This document shows, piece after piece, positions 17,995 to 27,777 of a stretch of 38,792 bases of DNA. The stretch's first letter is position 1. Each line of letters begins with the position of its first letter. The notes under the pieces are model-generated. The model saw only the letters and a list, made by a program, of their open reading frames with translations, searched no databases and had not been told where the DNA came from. Origin of the DNA: Bifidobacterium breve (GTDB lineage: Bacteria; Actinomycetota; Acidimicrobiia; IMCC26256); NCBI GenBank assembly GCA_945907055.1, contig CAMDSG010000001.1:1-38792 (forward strand), written 5' to 3'. A program made the translations under genes and the position numbers.

Positions 17995-18411
17995 AGGTTC
18001 CTCAAGGGTAGATGCCGCGAGTGCCTCAGGTAACGAATCAGCGCGGATTACAGATGAAGGAAGTAGGTCTTCTGAGGGAAGTAGGTCTTGCTCCTCGGCA
18101 ACCCTGCCCTCCGGAAGAAATTCACCTAGGGCAGCGCGCAGGAGAGCCAGGCGAAGCCTTGGGGATGCCTCGCCCCTGACTCGATTAGAGATGAGTACGC
18201 CATCGACCATGTCCTCCACGACCCTTCCGAGGGGGCGGCCCTTGATCTTCACGGAGACGACAGACCCCCCGGGGTAGCGCCGAATCGATCGATTGACATC
18301 GGGAATGCGAGGCGGGCTGCGGAATGCAGGGACCTCAAGGCCTGAGGCGCGCGCAGCGGTTCCGAGGGAGCGGGCCACAGAGGCGAAGCGAAGAGCAGGT
18401 ACACCAGTCAC
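17959..18411 (-). CDS. Hypothetical protein overlapping the 5' 36 nt of tRNA-Leu
   Basis: 150-aa ORF with protein-like core FRSPPR...RSIRR...VVSVKIKGRP...DMVDGV; fills a ~420-bp gap; promoter-like element directly upstream. Confidence 0.7.
   Translation of the reverse strand: MTGVPALRFASVARSLGTAARASGLEVPAFRSPPRIPDVNRSIRRYPGGSVVSVKIKGRPLGRVVEDMVDGVLISNRVRGEASPRLRLALLRAALGEFLPEGRVAEEQDLLPSEDLLPSSVIRADSLPEALAASTLEEPARVAERHTQAA
18005..18033 (-). promoter_or_regulatory. Candidate tRNA promoter inside the hypothetical CDS
   Basis: TTACCT-17 nt-TACCCT ending 10 nt upstream of tRNA G1. Confidence 0.4.
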
Positions 18412-18418
18412 GTAAATG

Positions 18419-18440
18419 ACTCTCGCAGATGGGTGTGACA
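18419..18440 (-). promoter_or_regulatory. PafBC/RecA-NDp-like promoter, leaderless
   Basis: TGTCAC-N10-GAGAGT then 7 nt to the GTG start; same spacing as the mycobacterial TGTCGG-N10-TANNNT consensus. Confidence 0.5.
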
Positions 18441-18540
18441 GTGTTCTTTTCTATCCTCAATAACCCCCAAATAGACCCCTATTTAGATCCCCTTGAAGCG
18501 CCGAGTTGCGGTGGCGCCCTTGGTGATGTTGCCTAGCGGT

Positions 18541-19527
18541 ATGCCCGGGCACCTTGACGACCCCAAATCGACGACTGAGCAAGCCTCATACGAGGCTGTT
18601 CAGCGCGTCATGGAGGCCGTTAAGGGCGAGGAGAATGTGATTGATCTTGGACCAAGTGCAGAGCAATCCTCAACACGCGCACTTGTTCCAATACCAGCGC
18701 GCAGATCTCGCGAGCTCCCCGACCCGGAGCCTCCAGACCGCGAGATTCGCAGAGGAGATGTAGACCCGTGGGGGCGCAGCGAAAGAGTGCGCAGTATTGC
18801 CCGGCGCATATACGACCCTCTCTACCGATACTGGTTCCGCGTCCAGTGGGAAGGCATCGAGCACATACCGACGGAGAGCGGCGCTCTACTTGTCTCTAAT
18901 CACGCTGGAGCGATTCCGTCAGATGCTCCGGCCATTATGCATGGAATCGAGACCCAACTCGGAAGACCTGTCTACGGATTAGCCGAGTACCTATTCAGAG
19001 ATCTACCCGCAATTGGAACACTCTGGTCACGTGCGGGCGGAGTAACTGCCCACCCTGATAACGCCTACCGGCTACTAAAAGAAGATCAGCAATTGGTTCT
19101 CGTGTTCCCCGAGGGCGCCAAGGGAACAGGCAAGCTCTACAAAGACAGGTACCGACTCGCGCGCTTTGGTCGCGGTGGGTTTGTTGAGATTGCCATGCGC
19201 GCAGGTGTTCCGATTATCCCGATTGCAGTTGTCGGAGCAGAGGAGTCGATGCCGATTCTTTTCAAGAGCAAGCGACTAGCAAACCTTCTTGGCATCCCAT
19301 ATGCGCCGATTACTGCCAACATGCTGATGTTCGGCCCCCTTGGAGGATTGGCATATTTACCTGCAAAATTCCGCATTCGCGTGCTCGAACCCATTCATTT
19401 TACTGCCGAGCCAGATCAAGAGCGTTACTCACGAGCACGCGTTATGGATGCTTCAGAGATGATTCGCGGGCGCATTCAAGAGGCCCTCTACGACATGCTG
19501 CGCTCACGCCGCAGCACTTGGTGGTAA
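18541..19527 (+). CDS. Lysophospholipid/glycerol acyltransferase (PlsC family, Rv0502-like)
   Basis: NHAGAIPSD, VFPEGAKG, FGRGGFV, PIIPIAVVGAEE; start set at ATG 18541. Confidence 0.9.
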   Translation: MPGHLDDPKSTTEQASYEAVQRVMEAVKGEENVIDLGPSAEQSSTRALVPIPARRSRELPDPEPPDREIRRGDVDPWGRSERVRSIARRIYDPLYRYWFRVQWEGIEHIPTESGALLVSNHAGAIPSDAPAIMHGIETQLGRPVYGLAEYLFRDLPAIGTLWSRAGGVTAHPDNAYRLLKEDQQLVLVFPEGAKGTGKLYKDRYRLARFGRGGFVEIAMRAGVPIIPIAVVGAEESMPILFKSKRLANLLGIPYAPITANMLMFGPLGGLAYLPAKFRIRVLEPIHFTAEPDQERYSRARVMDASEMIRGRIQEALYDMLRSRRSTWW

Positions 19528-19534
19528 ATCAATC

Positions 19535-20575
19535 ATGCGCGTACTAGTAACAGGTCTCGGGACTTTCTGGGGGAGTCGACTCGCACAGGCTCTTGAGCAG
19601 TTTGACGATGTAGAGGTAATTGTTGGACTTGACACAAACGAACCTCGCCTCCCGCTAGAACGAACAGAGTTCGTAAGAGCAGACTCCGACTACTCGATTC
19701 TCCAGCGCATCGTTAAGGCGACAAAGGTCGACACAATTCTCCACACCCATCTGCTTGTTGACTCAACAGAGAACAGCAACCGACGTATGCATGAAGTTAA
19801 TGTGATCGGGACAATGAACCTGCTAGCAGCCGCTGGAGCAGCTGGTAGTACCGTTCGAAAGCTGATTGTTAAGTCCTCAACGTTGATATACGGAGCAGGC
19901 AAGCGAGATCCATATTTTTTCCGTGAGGAGATGGAGCGCACAACTCCTCCCCATACCGAAGTCGAGCGGTCGCTGCTAGAGACCTCTGCGTTTGTGCGCG
20001 ACTTCGCAGTCGACAATCCGCACGTTGTAGTGACCAAACTTCGTTTCTCGAATGCACTCGGCGACGACATCACCTCTCCATTTGCTCGCTCTCTCAGCCT
20101 GCCGGTCGTCCCGGAGATTCTTGGATTTGATCCTCGCCTGCAATTTGTCCACGAGGAGGACATCACAGGGGCCCTTATTTTTGCGACTAGAAACGACATT
20201 CCCGGCGTTTATAACGTTGCTGGTAGAGGAACCATGCCGTGGAGTGAGATCTGCGAAGTCATCGGAAAGCGCAGGATCCCTCTCCCCCCATTCTTTACAA
20301 ACTGGGCGGCCGAGCCACTACGAATGACGCGCGTTGTCGACCTACCCCCTGAGGTTCTTGACCTGCTTCGCTACGGAAGAGTCGTCGATACTCGTGCGTA
20401 TAGGCGCGCCGGATTTGAGTACAAGTACACGACCGCAGCTACGGTAAATGCGTTTGCAAGAAGCCTCCGCCTCGAGTCAGTTGTAGGGGATAGCAATCCT
20501 TCATACCGCTACGAGAGCGACGTCGAGACTTTTTTCCGTCACTCCCCCGCAATAATTCGAGAAGGGAACGAGTAA
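19535..20575 (+). CDS. NAD-dependent epimerase/dehydratase family, atypical extended SDR (Rv0501-like)
   Basis: VLVTGLGTFWG, NVIGTMNLLAA, KSSTLIYG, GFDPRLQFVHEED, YNVAG. Confidence 0.88.
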   Translation: MRVLVTGLGTFWGSRLAQALEQFDDVEVIVGLDTNEPRLPLERTEFVRADSDYSILQRIVKATKVDTILHTHLLVDSTENSNRRMHEVNVIGTMNLLAAAGAAGSTVRKLIVKSSTLIYGAGKRDPYFFREEMERTTPPHTEVERSLLETSAFVRDFAVDNPHVVVTKLRFSNALGDDITSPFARSLSLPVVPEILGFDPRLQFVHEEDITGALIFATRNDIPGVYNVAGRGTMPWSEICEVIGKRRIPLPPFFTNWAAEPLRMTRVVDLPPEVLDLLRYGRVVDTRAYRRAGFEYKYTTAATVNAFARSLRLESVVGDSNPSYRYESDVETFFRHSPAIIREGNE

Positions 20576-21315
20576 TGCCAGTACACGTCGAGCGTCGAGG
20601 CAGAGTCGAGATCGTCACGATTGATGATGCAGAGCGGCGAAACATTCTCTCTGCAGAGTTAGTCGCCGGAATTGTCTCGGCGGTAGATGCAGCAGAGGAG
20701 GATGAGAACGTTGGAGCGGTAGTCATTACCGGTGCAGGAAAAGCCTTCTGTGTCGGCGCAGACCTCGGAGACCTCGCAGCAATGGGTAGCGGTGAGCGAG
20801 ACCCCGAGTCGGTGACATCCGTCTACGAGGGATTCCTGCGGGTGCTGAATTGCTCCCTCCCCACAGTCGCAGCTGTAAACGGCCCTGCAGTGGGAGCTGG
20901 CTTTAACCTTGCACTTGCGTGTGATCTGCGCATTGCAGGTGAATCAGCTCGATTCGACTCAAGATTTCTCTCGATAGGCATTCACCCAGGTGGAGGTCAC
21001 ACATGGCTACTCGACCGCGCAGTTGGGCCCCAAGCCGCTGCAGCTATAGACCTTTTCGGAGTCCGCATCGACGGAGAACGCGCAGCGACAATCGGGCTTG
21101 CTTGGGAGTGCGTCTCAGATGACACACTCCTGGATCGAGCAGTCGACCATGCAGAGCGGGCAGCAGCAGCACCTCGGGATCTCTCTATTCGAACCAAGGC
21201 CACGCTGCGCAATGCGCACCCGACTTCAAACCACCCTGAGGCCTTGGCCAACGAGCTCATCGATCAGGTCTGGTCATTTGGCCAGCCGTGGTTCGCTGAG
21301 CGAACCGGCCGCTGA
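20575..21315 (+). CDS. Enoyl-CoA hydratase/isomerase (crotonase) family protein
   Basis: GKAFCVGADL, AAVNGPAVGAGFNLALACD, GIHPGGG; TAATG coupling to the upstream gene. Confidence 0.9.
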   Translation: MPVHVERRGRVEIVTIDDAERRNILSAELVAGIVSAVDAAEEDENVGAVVITGAGKAFCVGADLGDLAAMGSGERDPESVTSVYEGFLRVLNCSLPTVAAVNGPAVGAGFNLALACDLRIAGESARFDSRFLSIGIHPGGGHTWLLDRAVGPQAAAAIDLFGVRIDGERAATIGLAWECVSDDTLLDRAVDHAERAAAAPRDLSIRTKATLRNAHPTSNHPEALANELIDQVWSFGQPWFAERTGR

Positions 21316-21359
21316 GGAGACTTCGATTTGAAGAGCCCTGCGCTATTACCCTTTACAGA

Positions 21360-22022
21360 ATGAGCGATTACGACTCCGAGGTAATCGAATCGCAGCCACC
21401 ACCGACTGACTTGGCGGATAAGGTGGATGAATCTGTAATCCTTGAGGCTCTTCCTACACAAGACCGCTCGCCGATCATGACTGCTGCTGGATGGGGTCTC
21501 GGAGCGATTGTTCTTCTTGCCCTAGGTGTTGTTGCCTGGGGGTGGATCATCAACGCAACCGCCGGCTCTGCTGTTGAACGATTCATCAACGGCGAGGGGC
21601 AGGTCTACGAGGGCGACGGGTTCAGCGCGCGCTTCCCAACAACACCGGAGCGCGTCTCATCAGGGGAGGGTGCAAGTAAGAGCGTCACAGTCTCGAGCAA
21701 CGTCGGCCAAGACCTTAGGTTCTCAATCAATTGGACGCAGCAGCCTGAGACGGCCGCAGAGAATCCCCTCAATGCACTAAACGAGGCCGCTAAGGCTCTT
21801 GTCGAAGACTCCAATGGAGAGTTTGTCTCGCAGCGCGCCCCTGCTGTATTCGGGACAGCTGCATCTAAAGAATTCGTCTATAAAGTCGGCAAAACGCTTA
21901 TTTACGCCTCAATGTTATTGACCCTTGATCGGATCTACACAGGTCAAGTATCGAGCATCAAACCGGCGGTAGCAGAGTATGAAGCGCTCAAAAAAGGCTT
22001 CTCCCTAACTCAACTCCGATAG
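21360..22022 (+). CDS. Membrane-anchored hypothetical protein
   Basis: Acidic N-tail, one TM helix (aa ~43-64), extracellular alpha/beta domain; TACCCT -10 7 nt upstream. Confidence 0.7.
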   Translation: MSDYDSEVIESQPPPTDLADKVDESVILEALPTQDRSPIMTAAGWGLGAIVLLALGVVAWGWIINATAGSAVERFINGEGQVYEGDGFSARFPTTPERVSSGEGASKSVTVSSNVGQDLRFSINWTQQPETAAENPLNALNEAAKALVEDSNGEFVSQRAPAVFGTAASKEFVYKVGKTLIYASMLLTLDRIYTGQVSSIKPAVAEYEALKKGFSLTQLR

Positions 22023-22034
22023 CTAAACGAACTC

Positions 22035-22640
22035 TCAAGTTAGGAAATCGCTCTCTATCTGAGCGCGCCGCTCCTCCCACTCAGAGGAGACCATCGCATA
22101 CCTGACGTGGTCTTCATAGATACCACGAATCTGCAGTAACCCTATTGAAGTGCCTTCGTTACGCAGACCAAGTTTCTCTGCCACGCGACGACTTGCAGCG
22201 TTACGCGGCACTATCGCGGCCTCGATGCGATGGAGTCGAAGCGTATCGAACCCAAATCTGAGAGTAAGGGCCACCGCCTCGGGGGCTAGTCCTTTCCCCG
22301 CATGCTGCTCTGCGATCCAATAACCAACATATGCAGACTGGAATGGTCCGCGTTGCACACTGCCGAGGCTTACCTCACCGATCAGAGTGTCTTGATAGAA
22401 AATACCGTTGCCGTAGGCAGCATCAAACTGACGCTGTCGATCCCATGCTGCACACCGAGATCGAAAAACAGATTTGTCTGAAGTCGCATCTGGGGTCCCG
22501 GAGTCAGGTAACGGCTCCCATGGGTCAAGCCAATCGCGGTTCGCATTACGAACCTCTCTCCACGCTTCGAAGTCTGAGTCTTTTAAAGGGCGCAGGGCGA
22601 TTCTCGGCCCGTCAATAAAAATAGAAGATCTGCTCGTCAT
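22035..22640 (-). CDS. rimJ: RimJ/RimL-family GNAT N-acetyltransferase
   Basis: WLDPWEP, RGPFQSAYVGYWI, LHRIEAAIVPRNAASRRVAEKLG, EDH. Confidence 0.82.
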   Translation of the reverse strand: MTSRSSIFIDGPRIALRPLKDSDFEAWREVRNANRDWLDPWEPLPDSGTPDATSDKSVFRSRCAAWDRQRQFDAAYGNGIFYQDTLIGEVSLGSVQRGPFQSAYVGYWIAEQHAGKGLAPEAVALTLRFGFDTLRLHRIEAAIVPRNAASRRVAEKLGLRNEGTSIGLLQIRGIYEDHVRYAMVSSEWEERRAQIESDFLT

Positions 22641-22741
22641 TCGTCACCCTCCTCTCACCCCAAATTACTCATCACCCTGACCTGCGGAGATTAGCGGGGC
22701 ATGCACCTGCGGTGCTCCACAGCCCGTAGGCTCTCCAATCG

Positions 22742-23326
22742 ATGCCTAAACCAACTGCCTCCAACGCCCCAGAGCACCTCGTCTGGCTTGATCTAGAGAT
22801 GACTGGCCTCGACATCCGACGCCACGTCATTGTTGAGATAGCAGTCATCGTGACCGATGTAGATCTCAATCCCCTCGATGAGGGGCTTGACCTTGTGATC
22901 CACGCAACCGAGGAAGAGCTCGCCGGGATGGATGACTTCGTAACCAAGATGCATACCAAGTCTGGCCTCATCAACGAGATCAGGGCATCAACGGTATCCG
23001 TCGAGGATGCGCATGCTCAGGCGTTGGCGTATGTGCGCAGTCATATACCGACTGCGCGAACTGCCCCACTATGCGGTAACTCAATCGGTGCTGATAGGCG
23101 GTTTCTTGACTCCATGATGTCGGAACTCGAGGAGTATCTCCATTACCGCAGCATTGACGTCTCATCTCTGAAGGAACTAGCGCGACGCTGGAACCCGGCG
23201 GTTTACAAGAAGCGCCCCGGAAAAGCGGAGCAGCATCGCGCGTTAGGGGACATTCTCGAGTCAATCTCGGAGTTACGTTTTTACCGCGATAATTTCCTCC
23301 AGTTGCCCGCTACTCCAACCGAGTAG
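22742..23326 (+). CDS. orn: Oligoribonuclease
   Basis: LVWLDLEMTGLD, MHTKSGL, LCGNSIGADRRFL, HYRSIDVSSLKELARRW, HRALGDILESI. Confidence 0.97.
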   Translation: MPKPTASNAPEHLVWLDLEMTGLDIRRHVIVEIAVIVTDVDLNPLDEGLDLVIHATEEELAGMDDFVTKMHTKSGLINEIRASTVSVEDAHAQALAYVRSHIPTARTAPLCGNSIGADRRFLDSMMSELEEYLHYRSIDVSSLKELARRWNPAVYKKRPGKAEQHRALGDILESISELRFYRDNFLQLPATPTE

Positions 23327-23351
23327 CGAGACTCAAAGGTTCAATTAAGGC

Positions 23352-24455
23352 TTAATTAAGGCTGCCATTTAACCCAAGCGCGTCGACTGCGTTGATTAGT
23401 CGCTCGACTGACTCGGGGCGCGCTGAGTGCCCCATGAGCCCAACGCGCCAAGCCTTACCTGCGAATGCACCAAGCCCTCCGCCTACCTCAATACTCCAGC
23501 CATCAAGTAGCGCTCGACGGAGTGTGGCTTCATCACTTCCCTCGGGTAGCCAAGCTGCGGTTAGTTGTGGGAGTCGGTAGCCATCCTGGGCAATGAGTTT
23601 GAATCCTCGCTCCACCAAAGAGCTCTGCAACTGCGACCCCACCGAGCGATGGCGAGCCCACGAAGCCTCTAGCCCTTCATCGAGCAGCACCCCAAGCCCA
23701 GCATGCAGCGCCGCGATCATCGAGGTAGGGGCAGTGTGGTGATATTTACGCGCAGCGCCTACGTAGTCGCCGATCAAGCCAAGATCTAGATACCACGACT
23801 GCGCTGGTATGGAGCGATTCTTTATGCGCTCAACCGCCCGTGGCGAGAGAGTAATTGGCGAGAGGCCCGGAGGGACACCGAGACACTTCTGTGTCCCGGA
23901 GTAACAAGCATCCACTCCCCACGCGTCAACATTTACCGGGACGCCACCTAGGCCCGTGACGGTATCGACAATCAGCAAAGTATCTGTTTCTTGAAGAATG
24001 CTTAGCGGTGCGATCTCACTCTCGACTCCGGTAGATGTCTCCGCATGCACCACCGCTACAACGCGCGCTCGGGGATTAGCGCTCTGGGTATCAAGCAATC
24101 GCTGCGGATCGATTGGATCTCCCCAAGGAGCCTCCACTCGCAGAACCTCGGCACCGCATCGTCGCGCCACCTCGCACATACGCTCACCAAAAACTCCGTT
24201 GACACCGATAATCCCAGTGTCTCCGGGTTCAAGCAGATTGACAAAGCATGCCTCCATGCCAGCAGACCCTGTTCCACTAATCGGTAGGGTCAGAGCATTC
24301 GAGGTCTTGAATACGCTACGCAGGCGTTCGCTCGTCTCATCGAGCAGTGAGAGGAACACAGGGTCGAGATGGCCAAGAACTGGCTGCGAGAGCGCCTCAA
24401 GCACCTCTGGGTAGGCGTTCGAGGGGCCAGGTCCTAGTAACAGTCGCTCAATCAT
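23352..24455 (-). CDS. Alanine/serine--glyoxylate aminotransferase (class V PLP)
   Basis: LLLGPGPS, SGTGSAGMEA, HAETSTG, SGTQKCL, YHHTAP, RVGLMG. Confidence 0.92.
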   Translation of the reverse strand: MIERLLLGPGPSNAYPEVLEALSQPVLGHLDPVFLSLLDETSERLRSVFKTSNALTLPISGTGSAGMEACFVNLLEPGDTGIIGVNGVFGERMCEVARRCGAEVLRVEAPWGDPIDPQRLLDTQSANPRARVVAVVHAETSTGVESEIAPLSILQETDTLLIVDTVTGLGGVPVNVDAWGVDACYSGTQKCLGVPPGLSPITLSPRAVERIKNRSIPAQSWYLDLGLIGDYVGAARKYHHTAPTSMIAALHAGLGVLLDEGLEASWARHRSVGSQLQSSLVERGFKLIAQDGYRLPQLTAAWLPEGSDEATLRRALLDGWSIEVGGGLGAFAGKAWRVGLMGHSARPESVERLINAVDALGLNGSLN

Positions 24456-24474
24456 TTAAAGATCGTACCTAGCG

Positions 24475-25401
24475 CTAAGTACCTGCGAGCATCCGTACCA
24501 CCCCATCAAGGATGTCGGACTCGGATACCAGTACCTCTTCATACCCAAGGGACCTAAGCACAGATACGAGAACTATGCATCCACCGACAATTACAGATGC
24601 CCTCTCAGTCTCTAATCCTGGATTGAATCTGCGCTGCTCTAGCGACTCAGTGGCGAGCGTTCGGAAAACATCCTCTGCTGCTGCGCGAGTGATACGAAAG
24701 CCGTGGATCCGAGATCGGTCGTACTCGACTAATCCCTGCTCGATTGAAGCGACCGCTGAGACAGTACCGGCAAGCCCTACAAGAGTCGCACAGTCGCGTA
24801 CCCCTGGAACCTCTCGAACGACATCAGCCATGTGATCACGCAATACCTGCACAGCATTTGAGAGTTCGTCTGGGAGTGGAGGATCTGAGTGAAGGAATGT
24901 CTCCGTAACTCGAACACACCCCACATCAATAGAGATGAGCCCCTCGGGTTTATCTGTGCCGACCACGAACTCTGTTGAGCCTCCACCGATATCAACAACA
25001 AGAAATGGCCCAAGCGCATCTAGGCCCGCCGTTGCACCAAGAAAAGAGAGAGCTGCCTCCTCCTCACCCGTGATGATCTCTGGAGCAAACCCGAGCGCAT
25101 CCTCTACAGCTTTAACAAACTCATCGCGATTCTCGGCGTCACGTGCGGCACTCGTTGCAGTTGCACGCACACGCTCTACCCCCAGGCTCTCCATTACGCC
25201 GCGGTACTCGCGTAGCACTACACAGACGCGTTCAATGCCCGCAGAGCTCAATCGCCGGGTCGATGCCACCCCTTCGCCGAGGCGAGTAATAGTCATCAGG
25301 CGCTCAAGAGTCTTTACATCCGCCTCGGCGCCAGATCCCTCAACATCTGCAACAAGAAGACGAGTTGAGTTTGTACCCATATCAATCGCTGCACATCTCA
25401 T
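24475..25401 (-). CDS. ppx: Ppx/GppA exopolyphosphatase (Ppx2 type)
   Basis: IDMGTNSTRL, ATSAARDA, GEEEA, DIGGGSTE, SESDILDG; conserved position after DUF501. Confidence 0.94.
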   Translation of the reverse strand: MRCAAIDMGTNSTRLLVADVEGSGAEADVKTLERLMTITRLGEGVASTRRLSSAGIERVCVVLREYRGVMESLGVERVRATATSAARDAENRDEFVKAVEDALGFAPEIITGEEEAALSFLGATAGLDALGPFLVVDIGGGSTEFVVGTDKPEGLISIDVGCVRVTETFLHSDPPLPDELSNAVQVLRDHMADVVREVPGVRDCATLVGLAGTVSAVASIEQGLVEYDRSRIHGFRITRAAAEDVFRTLATESLEQRRFNPGLETERASVIVGGCIVLVSVLRSLGYEEVLVSESDILDGVVRMLAGT

Positions 25402-25886
25402 TACTCAGACTCCTCAACTTCGCTCAAGAGTCTCTTCTCTACCCATTCACCTACAGGGTCGACTCCCCCTGCAAGAAAATTCGCATAATGGGCATGTAGA
25501 CACTTCACGCCAATGCGTGTACCCCCGACACCGCCAGATGGACGCGGACCCTCGTAACTCTCAGGTAGGGAGGCGTCTCGCTTGGCTGCATAGCTATCGT
25601 GGGCCTCAATCAATGCGCCTGCATCTACTGCAGCCTCAGCGGCGCGCACCCCACCCTCTGCCTCAAGCGTTCCGACACGCCGATTGAGTTCAGGATCTAC
25701 GAGCCAGTAAAGAGTCGGCATCGGCGTGGAGTCATACATAAGTGATGCGTTCCTAAGAACAACAGGCTCGCCATTTTCTCCGCGCACCACTACCTCAAAC
25801 TCTGCGCGCGGCTCTCGCCCCAGAAGGAGGGTTACCGCTTCAAGGTCTGCTGGGTTTGTTGGCACGCATTGAAGTGTAAGGGGCAT
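25401..25886 (-). CDS. DUF501 domain protein
   Basis: PMPTLYWL, LEAEG, GGVGG...VKCLHAHYA; conserved eno-ftsB-DUF501-ppx synteny. Confidence 0.92.
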   Translation of the reverse strand: MPLTLQCVPTNPADLEAVTLLLGREPRAEFEVVVRGENGEPVVLRNASLMYDSTPMPTLYWLVDPELNRRVGTLEAEGGVRAAEAAVDAGALIEAHDSYAAKRDASLPESYEGPRPSGGVGGTRIGVKCLHAHYANFLAGGVDPVGEWVEKRLLSEVEESE

Positions 25887-25893
25887 CGCTTCG

Positions 25894-26333
25894 CTATGGG
25901 GAAGTGGATCCTGTTACACCCACGCCACCCGTGACGCCTGTTGACCCGGGGACTACCGCCCACGCCTGCTCCCCTGGTTTAACCATGCCGAAGCGAGCGC
26001 GGGCAATGCGCTCAATCTCGGCGGGGGACTCTAGTAACTGCTTCTGATCTCTCAGAATCTTGGTCTGGGTCCGGAGAAGAACTAATTGCTTCTCGGCGGC
26101 GCTGATTCGATTCTGCTGATGGATATATGAACGCACAGGAAATAGATATGCGAGGACAGCGAATAGTGCAATTAACCCTACAGAAACAGCAACAATTCTC
26201 CCCCAACGCGGGATTTGATTAGCGCCGATCGCACCTTTTTGTGGGGAGCGCGTCTTGGGTGCCAGCCCCTTTTTCTTAGGCGCGTTCTTCTTTGGTGCGT
26301 TCTTCGTCGGTGTGTTCTTCTTCAACATCGCCA

Positions 26334-26334
<1 letters not shown>
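25894..26334 (-). CDS. ftsB: Septum formation initiator FtsB/DivIC family
   Basis: TM helix, coiled coil, IERIARARFGMVKPGE; directly after eno. Confidence 0.88.
26279..26323 (-). repeat. 15-bp coding tandem repeat x3 (KKNTP/TKNAP/KKNAP)
   Basis: ggcgcgttcttcttt ggtgcgttcttcgtc ggtgtgttcttcttc. Confidence 0.8.
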
Positions 26335-27734
<1,400 letters not shown>

Positions 27735-27777
27735 TTATCAGGGTTAATACTCCTCGGCTATTTAGCGGTTACCCCGA

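Noticed and set aside
23343-23363. aattaag-g-cttaatt palindrome and aattaaggct direct repeat
   Set aside because: Short AT-rich junction of convergent genes overlapping a stop codon; too weak to assign a function.
24935-25687. 250-aa plus-strand ORF
   Set aside because: Antisense shadow of ppx and DUF501; Ser/Arg/Pro-rich with no motifs.
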